A stretch of 64,000 bases of DNA from Bugula neritina (Eukaryota; Animalia; Bryozoa), in assembly GCA_964035545.1 (NCBI GenBank), contig OZ037767.1, forward strand, positions 1,561,680 to 1,625,679, in the 5' to 3' direction. The notes under the pieces were generated by a model. The model saw only the letters and a list, made by a program, of their open reading frames with translations, did no database searches and was not told where the DNA came from. The stretch's first letter is position 1. Each line of letters starts with the position of its first letter. This document shows positions 28,101 to 40,034 of the stretch, in pieces. Position numbers and translations under genes: made by a program.

Positions 28101-31100
28101 CAGGCTCATGTGTGTAGAGTAGAAGATTAGTATGGGTTGTTTTAAATGATGTGTTACATTGTTAATATATTTAGAAATGTAAATAAATACAAGAATTATT
28201 GTTTTAGAATTCAAATATTTTCTTTCATTTAGCAATTTTTTTGTAAAATCATTAACTTCGTCAAAACAACATTTGGTAACTTAAAATTCAGCAAAATATA
28301 TGTATAATTTTTCATCAAGTATTAAAAAAGAATAGACAAAATATTGCATGATTAGCTGGTATATTCCATAACAATACAACTATTATATGTTTGTTTAATA
28401 TGGTGGTAGCTATGGACTTAGGAAAAAAGTGTTAATTAGAATATACAAAGCCACAGTATACAATATTGGGTAAATCCTATTTATTTAAGGCTATAATATT
28501 AGCTTTAATATTAATAACAGAGAAGTTTATGTACTGTATTATGTCATACATATAATAATATACACACATATACATATTATAATATCATACATATATAATA
28601 TATATACATATATATCATATATACACATTATAATGCTTATTATACACAAATTATTATTAATAAAAACTCTATTTTATTATTCTAATATTAACAAAACATC
28701 CAATTCTTTTTATTCCCTTTTTACTAATACTACATATTTATACAGCATACTTAAATGTGTATGCACAAACATATTATACAAAGGTCTAGATGTTAACTTG
28801 ATTATTGTATTATTATATATTATTACTATATTATTATATATTATCATTATATTATTATGGTATATTATTACTATATTATTATATATCATACTCGCTGCTC
28901 ATAGGTTGGGCAGCTGTTCACCAGCTCATACTCTGAATGTTGAGGCCATGAGGAATTTGTAAATTGACTAAAAACTACGAATATATGCTGTAACATTCAC
29001 CATAAAACTGTAGTATGACAACAACTCCTCTCTGTGAGCACTCATCTGAGAGCTGGGAAATGTTTATATAAACAGTTGGTATTATTCTAATACGAAGACA
29101 TATTTAGTTCCTAACTTTAGAAATGTTAGATGACATATACATAGATAGGCTACACATGCATAGATACTGTATATCTTAGAAATAGAAACTTATACAGTAT
29201 ATTCTGAGAACATTTATCAATATTTGCAGTAAAATTAACTATATTATCATTTCATGTGTTATGGTCACAACTTTAGTTTGCTTTGTTGCAACAATAAGAG
29301 AGGGGACAAATCCAAAAAACTGTTGAAAATCCCAAGTCATTATTAGCAGTGCGTAAAAAATAAATGTGCTTTACTGAACCATATTAGCTAACATAACTCT
29401 GCAATTGTGATAGTTTAATGTAAGATAGCTAACTTCAGTTGAGCTCAGTGTCCAAGGGAGAAATGAATATGAAGAGGGAACAGAGTACCTAGCTCAAAAA
29501 TAAGACGAAACTCAAAAAGAACAGTTTTTTGCAAAGAAATAGACTACGAAACCTCCGAATGACCCCAGAATGACCTTCTGTAACTGATGAATGTTAAAAT
29601 TCTACGAGTCAACAGAATGAACGGGTAGAGATCGTGGGAACGCAATCACTACAAATATCTCAGACGATGAAGCATTCTCGGAATAGTTAGTACTATCAGT
29701 TCCACATACTTCACCGGAAAGCACCGATTCGCCATGGAAAACTTCAGGCTAAAAGGTTCCCACGTTAAAAAATTACGTAACTAAAGATGTCTGGAACGTA
29801 TATGAACAAAAATATGTCGTGATTCCAAAGCGGCACAATTTCAAGTCCGTAAGAGAATGCTAGTTGAGAAATAAGAAAGTGGAGCTAGTGAAAATACCCC
29901 ATGTTATTCAAATACTAGACTGTTACCAAAATACTGAACTGATTAATAAACTCCTAGCTCATATGTTTTAGTTTACTTGTGAAATTGATTGTTTTATACA
30001 CTGAATGTATATGTTTTGATTGCATTTTTATTATGTATTTACAAACAATAATAACACAGTCAAAAAAATTTAATTTTTAACAATTATATTATTCATTTTT
30101 AACAGTAAGCCGATAGTGACGGAAGCTATGGTTAGAGTATAAAATCACATTTTCTACTCTATCCCAACAAGTTGCCATTTTCTGTTATATTGTGCGCACA
30201 AAACAACTTTAAACTGTTATAAAATCTGCTAGGCGTGAGAACAAGACCTGAGGGAGGATAAGTAGCCCATAAGTCAACCTCAGTGTAACCACCAAATCAA
30301 AATCACATTCAATAACTCAAGTTTACAGAAATTTCCAGAACAAATGAAATCCATTGCATGGTCGAAGTAATCCGAACTAAGAATCAAGGAATCAGTTTGC
30401 AGTAAACCAAAGTTATGTTTCAGTTACAGGATGATAACAACATTTTTCTAAGTGGTTAGAAAAAATTTTGTAAAGAACAAATTTTAGAGGAAATAGGAAA
30501 AAAACTTAGAGAGTTGGGAGAAATGGTATCAGAAGCTGACACAAAACACTAAAACACACCCAAACTCTACAACTTCATATCATTGACTTTCAGAGTACTG
30601 CAATGCAAACCTTTCCCTCTAGAACACAGTAATGAGCGGTGACCACACACACCCCTTGTAATCCTCCTATTCAATCTACCCCTTCAACACTTACCTCTGG
30701 TTTTGCTGCTCCACGGCAGCGACTAAGGCATCTCTCATGTTCACCACACTGACCAGCTGCTCCAGAAGAGCTTGCTCTTTCTGCTTCTGGAAAGCGCTTT
30801 TCTCCCATTCTAAAGCATAATATTATACACAGCTTATACACATCTTGTATATAAGATGCCCATACAAGACAGCCTGAAACTGAAACGAAGTAAACTATAT
30901 CCAATTTTTTATTTGTTGCTCTACTTTATTTCTTACTAGTATACATAGCAACTGATGTTGAATAATTTAAATTGTAAAGAACTGCTGTTTATAAGTCCCT
31001 GGGTGACTGTGACTATGAGTCACAATGAGTAACTAAGTCACTATGAACAAGACAGTCTAACTATGACTAACGACTATGAGTGACTCGCTAACCTTGTAGT

Positions 31101-34100
31101 GAGATTATCTGACGCAATTCCCGATTGAGTAGATCAAATCTTCTACTCAAATTCTCTTCCTTCTCTCTACAGAATATGTGGGACCTCAGATATGATAGTT
31201 AATATACTACCTACTATGCAGTAACACGTACATACTATACAGTAACACGTACATATTACACAGTAACACGTACATACTATACAGTAACACGTACATATTA
31301 CACAGTAGCACGTACATACTATACAGTAACACATAAGTACTATACAGTAACACGTACGTACTATACATACTACACAGTAAAACATAAGTACTACACAGTA
31401 AAACATAAGTACTATACAGTAACACGTACGTACTACACAGTAACACGTACGTACTACACAGTAACACGTACGTACTATACAGTAACACGTACATACTACA
31501 CAGTAACACGTACATACTATACAGTAACACGTACGTACTATACATACACAATAACACGTACATACTATACGTTCTATACAGTACACAATGACCTGTACGT
31601 ACAGTAAGTTAAGCTGCTCTTGTCTCTGTATTAACGCATTCTTTTTATTCACCAACATAAACCACCTCTCAGTAAGTTGCTCTTCCTTCGCAGAGTTCCC
31701 TGAAGTGTATGAAGGATACTAACACAGACTAAGCAGAGGATTGAAAAACTTGAAGTATTTTGGAAAAGCCGTGAAACTCGTAACTGAAAATATTTTACAG
31801 AAATATTCCGCGCACCTTCATTCATAGCCCTCCTAAGTTGTACCTCCAGCTGGGCGGCTTCCATGTCAAGGTCATCTCTTTCTCTCTCAAGGGAGGCCAA
31901 CTCCATATACACGTACTCGTTGACATCATATATCTGTTTCATTGCAATAGAGTATAAGATGTGGAATGGGTACGTTATATGCACATACTAAACCTACTGT
32001 ATACACATTTCATTAAAAACTGGTGAATTAAAATTTTAATTTGTATTTATAATTTAATTTCTAATTGATTTTCTATTACACACATGCATGAGAATGGTGA
32101 GCACCACATGGTCCAGATCAGCTGAAGTATATATTATATGAACTTGACTCCATCAGTTTTGAGATACGAACCTTACGAAAGCGTAACTTGGTTACCAGGC
32201 AACAGCGAGAGGAGTATAATGACATTCTTACCTCACAAACCGGGGGATTCATCTCCAACTCCTTTGATGTCTCCTCAGCCTGTGAACTAGAACTGATTGC
32301 AGGGGGTGGAGTTATTTCTCTTTTTGTACTCAGTTTATCCCCCATCCTAACACTAGTTGTTTGAGATCCACCCCTGCCTGGCATGTAGAAGAATACGGTA
32401 GATCCATTAACATTAGAAATCTTAAAGGAATTCAAATATTGCAGTAATATTCCGCTTTCAATGTGTAAATATATAAAGTGATATATATTTTATGAAATGC
32501 TGTAGGATTTACGTTTATTAGCGCCCCTTGCTTGCTCCATGAGGGCCCTAGCCCTCGCATGCAGCTCTTTGCGTCTCTGCTCTTCGCTGTCAGCAGACGT
32601 TTCAACATTAGCCTGGGGACCAGTTTGAACATTTTGTGAGTTGGAGGAGATAGTCGCACGCTCTGTGCTTTGTTCTTCTGACGAGCGAGTTTTAGTGTTA
32701 GGGACCGATGCCTGTAACGGATATGAGAAATGTTATGAGCAACTAAGCGTAGGGCCACACAACGCGATTTACTCACACTTTATGAGCGAGAAAACCCGTT
32801 TGGCCCAAAAATGGGACGTTGTGTGCGTATTTTCATGCGTCTAACATGCTGAGCGAGAAGTGCGACAAGCTCGTGCGTGTTTGATCTAATTGGCTTATTA
32901 CCAGTGATATTTAGCGAGCACACTTTTTTATTTTAATTTACAGTTTAGCTTTTATCGAACTGAATTAAAACAGTTTCATATAGTTTGCATATAATAGCTA
33001 AAGTCACTTTGCTGATGAAGTAGTTTTAAAAACCAACGCCTGTAGCGGTAAAGTTTAACGCTAACATCATTAGCTAATAAATTTCTGCACGCGAAACACA
33101 CGCATTGTGTGTGGCATGTCTAAATGGGTTTTCTCACACGTCACGTCACTCGTCATGTGGCCTACGCTATTAAGTAGCAGAGGAACTACCTCAACCCACC
33201 ATTACCAAATTTTAAACTCCAACATATCTAGAGCCAGTTACAGAAAATTATTTGGAAATATTTAGTCCTGGTTTGTGAAGTGAACTTTAGCCAAACTACA
33301 TTAGGCCATGGAAACATTCAGCAACTAATTAAAAAGTGTTTAAGGGAATTTGGTACACTGAATGAACTTATAAATCTGGCAAATAAGTCAAACTATTTAA
33401 ATACTGAAGAGAAACACAAAGCAGCCAGCCTACCCTGTGTCTTGACTGAAAATTTTCAGCTTGAAATGCTAAAATACCTTAATCTAATAACTAAAGTTAT
33501 GCCTATGTTATAAAGAAATTTACTCTCAATTGTTCAAAAGTTCTTGCTAATTGGTAGCGACCAAACTCAGTTCTATTATCAAATATATATTTCTGCCAAT
33601 GCACTGAGTATCAACGTGTATGGACCATGTATACAAAACGTGTTATTATTATAATCGTATTACAGAATAATCTCACCAATTCACTTGATTCTTCTCCAGG
33701 ACAACTCTCTGCAAAAAATGGTCAGTTATTTCAACGGCAGCTGTTGGTGAAAACTTAGTAATAGTCAATTCAGAAATGATGAACCAAAAACTGTACACAA
33801 TATAGATTTGCATTACCTCTACATTACGAAATAATAAATACCTTTACTTTCTAAGACTGCGGCCTGCAACAGATTGTCTGAACCAGACATGACTTGGGGA
33901 GAATCCCTTACTGAATCAACAGAGGCTTGTGGGGAATCCCCTGTTGAAGTAGGTAGAGCTAGTGGGGAATCCCCTGGTGAAGTAGGTGGAGTTAGTGGGG
34001 AATCCCCTGTTGAAGTAGGTGGAGCTTGTGGGGAATCCCCTGGTGAAGTAGGTGGAGCTAGTGGGGAATCCCCTGTTGAAGTAGGTGGAGCTTGTGGGGA

Positions 34101-35829
34101 ATCCCCTGGTGAAGTAGGTGGAGCTAGTGGGGAAACCCCTGTTGAAGTAGGTGGAGCTTGCGGAGTTGGAGGTGAAGGCTGCCTAATAAGGTCAGCGTAT
34201 GGGTCATCGGCATCATCATCAGAGTCAAAGGGGTTGAGAAGCTCTTTCCGAGTCATTAGAGGTTTCTTTGGTGCCTGAAGGTACGAAATGATGAGTTTCA
34301 ACATATATTGTGATGCTTCACTACTAACTATGATGGCAGCCTGGTTCATCATACGACTCATGTGATATAGCAGTAGCAATGCTATCTAGACTAAGCTTTG
34401 TCGCATCAAATCGTCTAGCAACAGGGAGTAATCCCCACCTCACTCAACTGAGGCTAAAGGTGCTCAAGCTACACCCTGCAGAGCTTCCCAGACTTTCTAT
34501 GAGCACACATAGTAGGTATGGTGGACAGTTACTAGAGGGTCTGCTACTCTACAGTTAGTGGGTTTCACACTTTAACTAAAATACCACATTGTAAATACTT
34601 TATGTGAACAGACTCCAAACTCCGCCAAATACCCACACCAATGTTATTACCTTGACACGAATACCCACACCAATGTTATTACCTTGACACGAATACTCAC
34701 ACCAATGTATTACCTTGACACGAATACTCACACCAATGTATTACCTTGACACGAATACCCACACCAATGTATTACCTTGACACGAATACCCACAGCTTTC
34801 TACGACAGAATCAAACTCAAAAAGAAGTTATACATGTTGCTTAATCCACAAGCAGGTTAAGCAGAAAATATTAGCCTCAATTCTAACTTTGTCAGCTGCA
34901 GAATATCCTCCCGCAGTACCCACCTCAGGTTCCCTGGCTATGTGAAGGTCATGCAGCTGTTTCTCCGAGGAGGATCTAGACTGAGTGCTGCTGCGAGACC
35001 GGTCAGCTGAGAGCCCCTCCAGCACATCCTCCATGTAAAGCTCAGGCTCGCTACTTCCTGTGGGCGGAGAGAGCCTGGCGTCTCTGAGCAGGATAGCCTG
35101 GGAGTCCGCCACTTGCTCTACGGTCATGTGATCACTGGTGGAGCGAGTGGGCAGTATGTTGTGTATGCTGGGGCCGCGCGTGGGTGGTACGGCAGACTTT
35201 GGGGGCGTGTACTCCACGTCCCCAAACTAAGGAGTGAAAACACCGACTATACACTGACAGAAATTAGACACATTCAAGAAGAACTTTTAAATTTACAGTT
35301 GCATAAAAAGAAGACAAACTGTCTAAACATAATATTTAAAAACAGTTTAAATGTGAAATACTTGATTTCTTGTTAGTAGTGCAAACAATAGTTGAATTAG
35401 GAATTGTCCTTCCAAAGTGAAAAAGAATTGATCTACTAAATTACAGTGACCAGAGAGAGTGTGATACTCATACCCTACTACTACTCAATATAGTTTACAA
35501 GTCAAGTATATGGTGCTGAGGCTATCACTAACCACATAGGAGCTGAGACTAGGAGAGTGACCCACTGACTTCAGTTGGAGTTGTCGCCCCGTGAAATGAG
35601 TCCTGAGCTCATGCAGGTAAGTTTTTATCTGCAGCTTGTCTGGTATCTTCATGACAACCTGCAGGACATGAACTCAGACTATGCAAGAAAGTAGATATTA
35701 AGACTACTGCAACTGCTACTACTACTACTACTACTGGTACAACTGGTACTACTACTACTACTAGCACTACTAGTACTACTACTACTACCACTACTACTAC
35801 TACTACTACTACTATTAGTACTACTGCTG

Positions 35830-35865
<36 letters not shown>

Positions 35866-35884
35866 TTACTACTACTACTACTAG

Positions 35885-35960
<76 letters not shown>

Positions 35961-36001
35961 GCTACTACTACTACTAGTACTACTACTATTACTACTACTG
36001 A

Positions 36002-36067
<66 letters not shown>

Positions 36068-39000
36068 CACTACTACTCACCATGTCAACTGGCTCTATAA
36101 CTCTGGTGATTCCGAGAGAAGCCGCAGCATCAAACGCAATTTTGTTGTTAATCTTTATTTCTCGAGAGTTCAAACTTTCGAAATCTCTATAATATAACAT
36201 TGCAACAGTATAAAACTACACTACAACAATACACTACAGTACACTACTACACTACAGTACCTATATACACTACAGTACTACACTTCACTACAGTACTATA
36301 TACTATACAACACATGACACAGTAATGCCCTCACATAAGGTCTGGTCTGTAGTGATGAATGATTGCGCAAAAAGCCATTCCATTTCTCCAGGAAGTAGTG
36401 AAATTAGTGACCTTCACCCCATCGTATGCAGACGTTATCTCTTGAGCCCAGCTGAGCAAGTCAGAACTAGCGTTACTCGCTGTCATGACGACCACTGACT
36501 TCTACATATACAAACCGCTGTGCTAGACAGTATTGAACACTAATAGCAAGTGCCAGAAGTTGTAGAAAATCATATTCAACAAATATCTAGATTATTCGAG
36601 AATAACAACAATATTTATTAGTGTAATTAAATTTGCTAACTAACAGATTAGTAATATTAGACCTTAAGGCACGTAGAGAAGATGACTCCAACTGCTATAT
36701 GAAAATAGTATATATAACACACCATAGTATCAATATGAGATAGTAAGTTATTGGCATCAAAGGCAGTAAGTTACGAGAGAGAGAGAGGGGGGGGAGAGGG
36801 AGAATGAGTCATAAAACGAGAACTTTGAAAATTGTACCTTTACAGGTGTAGGAGTTACAGTGTCTGAAGGTGTAGGAGTTACTGGTGGTACGGTCATTGA
36901 TTCGTCAGGCAAATCAGAACTCTTGTGTTGGAGGAAGCTTGGTGGTGTCTCTTGCGTTGACATAGGTTTACGTGATGGTGGGGGCGTAGAAGGGGGCGTC
37001 CCTATAATGCAAGAGACATTGAAGTGTCACCCGACTCAATAAAATCTTCAAACTATTCGCATATTATTTATTCGTAAAGTATGAGTAAATTATTTGATTA
37101 AAATTAAACTTTAAAACGCTTTTTATCTAGACTTAGCCACTCCACATATAAAACTTTATTAAAAAGTCAATGCAGTATCAACAGAAGTGATAGACTGACT
37201 GAAGTAAGAAGTATAACTCTGGATAAAGTTACATCAGTGAGGAACAGGAAATAATTATTTCATAACTTATACCGGGAAAAATGTTTACAAGTTACTGCAA
37301 ACCTACCAATGTACATTTTAGCGAAAGCACTCTCACGACTACCCATTTCTTTCTCCGAGTCCACTCCATTAAACCGGGTTGTTTCCGCACTATCCACAGG
37401 CATCTCTATAGAATATATCATGGAATGAAATGAGAAACGCATCCGGGCTTCACCTTTCTAGTAAAAGCTAGACTAAGAATGTGAGGAAAGTGATGGAAAA
37501 TATTCAGAATGTGTGTACACTAATAGCTGTTCATCAACACACGTTATTCTCTCCATCATACTCATTGCTGGTGATATGCTGTATGTACCGAGAGTCCATT
37601 GCTAGTTGTATCATTTTTAGTTGTAGTCATGAATGTCACAGTAAACACATAACACTGTTAGAGCAGATATACATGTAGTAAATAATCATATAAATGAAAG
37701 AAGACTCGTGTTTCTGTAATGTAGGCAAGGGTAAGTGGATGTAATGTAGGTCAGGGTAAGTGAATGTAATGTAGGTCAGGGTAAGTGAATGTAATGTAGG
37801 TCAGGGTAAGTGGATGTAATGTAGGTCAGGGTAAGTGAATGTAAACACGTGTATGCTAATAATTATAACTAACAAGTACCCAAAAAAGAGCCCATCTGAG
37901 CTGTAAATGAGGCGAAAGAGCTTGCAGTGTTCTCCAACCCTTCAAAGTCGGCCATGTTGCCAATATCTAGGTCAGCTCCGCCCCCAGCTGAGTCACAACT
38001 CATGAGAGAAGCCACTGAAATCATGTCATCATCTCTGGAAGATATAAAACATAGTTACGAGATAACATCATGACAATATGCTCAAGAGGGAACATGCCGG
38101 AAAACTGGGGATTAAGGGTTTCAACCTGAAGAGAGTGGCTTGTAAACGAGAAACGTTTCAATTGGTGACAAAGTTTTTAAAACACAGACCCAATAAGAAA
38201 ATGAATGAATAACTTGCCACCAATAAAACCTCACCCATCTATTGCATAAATTATTTACAATTTGCTAGCGAAGAAGGGTTATTGTAGATTTTGACAGAAT
38301 TTGATTAGAAAGAGACTTAAAAGTATATTATATAATACAATTGTATTTCAAGACTAAATGAAAATACAGCAGAAAACTTGTCACATGATAAGGTCACATG
38401 GCAAGGTCACCCAGTAAGGTCATATTACAAGGGTCACATGATAAGGTCACATGATGAGGGTCACATGATAAGGTCACATGGTAAGGGTCACATAGCAAGG
38501 TCACATGATGAGGGTCACATAGCAAGGGTAAGATACAGCGCATCAACTTACGTAGCCAGTCCCTCTTTCACCAGAGTGCAGGAAATAGTGAAGGAGAGTC
38601 TAATATACTCGTACTTGTCCGGACTGCATTTTAGCTCTAAGTCTACGTGTCTAGGACTGTTGGTTATGTTGGCGTAATTCTTCATATTCATTTTCATCAT
38701 TGCAATCTGCTTCCTTTTACCACCTTGATCAACCTTAAAATAGAACAGGGTTAACCTTACAATAGAGCAGTCAGTCTTAAAATAGAACATAATAATTGTA
38801 TCACACATATGAAGCATAAGAACCGGTTCCAATATAACACACCCTCAGCCCACAACATATAAATATATAAATAATGTAAGTATATAATACCATATGATAT
38901 ATGATACCAAGTATAATGTTACAACTACAAGCTAGCAATGTCTTATCTCCATAATACTATTAGTCAATATCATTCTCACCGACTCCACATAGAAGGTCCA

Positions 39001-40034
39001 ATCTTTATCTTCAAACTCCTCCTCTCTAGGTTGGCGATACAGAGTAATAGTACTGGACACATTCTCAGGGGTGCTGAAGTCTACCCTCCCTAATGTACTG
39101 TCATTAAGTGAGGAAACCCAGCTATGCTCCTTCAACAAGTGAAACCCACAACTAACAGCAAAGTGAGAGAAGTGCTTAATAAAATATATCAGTTAAAAAC
39201 CAAGGTTCATGCAAGTGATACAAGGTTCTTACTTTGGTTCGGATGTTACGATTTCGTCGAGTCCAGTTAATACACAATTTTGACGGACGCCTGCAGTCAA
39301 CAAAGTAAAATTAAAAAGCAAACAGATGGAAACAGAATGGAGAAGTGGGAAAGAAATACTTGTTTTCCTACAGCTGAGTTTAAACCAAATTACTGAGAAA
39401 TGTCAGCCCCAATGCACTACCAGACTAGCCTATAAATTCAGAGGAATACTTAGCTGTATTTCTACTTAGTAGTATATTATATAGATCAGGGTACTCTGTA
39501 CTCCCAACCAGCTCAACACTCCATCACTTAGTGGTACCTTAGTCTAAGATATATTTCACATCACTGACTATTTAGTGTCAAACCCTATTGTAAGTAAATG
39601 GTAATTCAAATGAACGTTCTAATAACGTGAAACATAAGGGTTTAGCAAACGGGGGTGATATAAATCAGGAAATCAACTGTTAATAACAAGTATAGCTAAC
39701 AGCTAAATATTGGGCATTAGTTTTAGCTGTAAATATATACTTTGTATTTACTAAAAACTGGCAGCTGAAATAACTTAGTATAAGTCTAAACTTACATTTA
39801 AACCTATTTTACCTTTCTAGCATTAGTATATAGTATGATTGCTCAATCTTCATATCCCAATATTATAATGAAAATATAAATGCAAACATAAAACACAAAT
39901 TAAGATCCAAAATTATAACTAATAAACTACCATTTTGACTTGCAACACTTCACTGTCAAATCATGATAGGAGATGACAAAAGAGAATTTAGAGGCATGTT
40001 TGCCTCGTCTCTGTAGTCGTTTCCACACACCCAT
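22145..40034 (-). CDS. EHBP1: EH domain-binding protein 1 (NT-C2, CH, NPF, bMERB, CaaX), about 986 aa. Exons 40034-39931, 39290-39233, 39129-38980, 38733-38552, 38034-37880, 37405-37307, 37001-36838, 36501-36335, 36186-36081, 35658-35533, 35226-34888, 34274-33842, 33708-33677, 32711-32513, 32377-32232, 31933-31816, 31699-31603, 31166-31093, 30809-30695, 22241-22145
   Basis: [17 protein letters not shown] start; [11 protein letters not shown]; [13 protein letters not shown]; CH domain (LLSWAQE...[25 protein letters not shown]); LNPFD; bMERB ([15 protein letters not shown]); terminal exon [31 protein letters not shown] ending in CaaX. Phases sum to 2961 nt. Boundaries in the low-complexity middle are less certain. 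Confidence 0.93.
31212..31570. repeat. Intronic 21-bp minisatellite (CAGTAACACGTACATACTATA)
   Basis: Directly visible; fills most of EHBP1 intron 31602-31167. Confidence 0.9.
32746..33168. mobile_element. MITE (non-autonomous DNA transposon, possibly PIF/Harbinger-like) in an EHBP1 intron
   Basis: Imperfect TIRs AGCGTAGGGCCACACAACG / CGTCATGTGGCCTACGCT; subterminal inverted GAGAAAACCC / GGGTTTTCTC; CpG-rich relative to flanks. TSD not clean (TAA vs TAT). Confidence 0.7.
33895..34160 (-). repeat. Coding 33-bp repeat (66-bp higher order), PPTS(T/P)GDSP(L/Q)A about 7 copies, in EHBP1
   Basis: In frame within exon 34274-33842, just after the NPF motif. Confidence 0.9.
34628..34793. repeat. Intronic 31-32-bp minisatellite, about 5 copies
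   Basis: AATACCCACACCAATGTTATTACCTTGACACG units. Confidence 0.9.
35703..36076. repeat. (ACT/TAG)n microsatellite filling an intron of the EHBP1 CH domain
   Basis: Directly visible; starts at the GTGAGT donor (36080). Confidence 0.95.
37716..37844. repeat. 25-bp intronic minisatellite, 5 copies
   Basis: GTAATGTAGGTCAGGGTAAGTGAAT units. Confidence 0.9.
38380..38527. repeat. 12/24-bp intronic repeat (AGGTCACATGAT)
   Basis: Directly visible. Confidence 0.85.

Noticed and set aside
19000-30600. Cluster of TAATCC (Otx/K50) autoregulatory sites
   Set aside because: The handful seen is about what base composition predicts; no enrichment evident.
31167-31658. Cys-rich keratin-associated/metallothionein-like ORF
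   Set aside because: Read-through from an EHBP1 exon into an intronic minisatellite.
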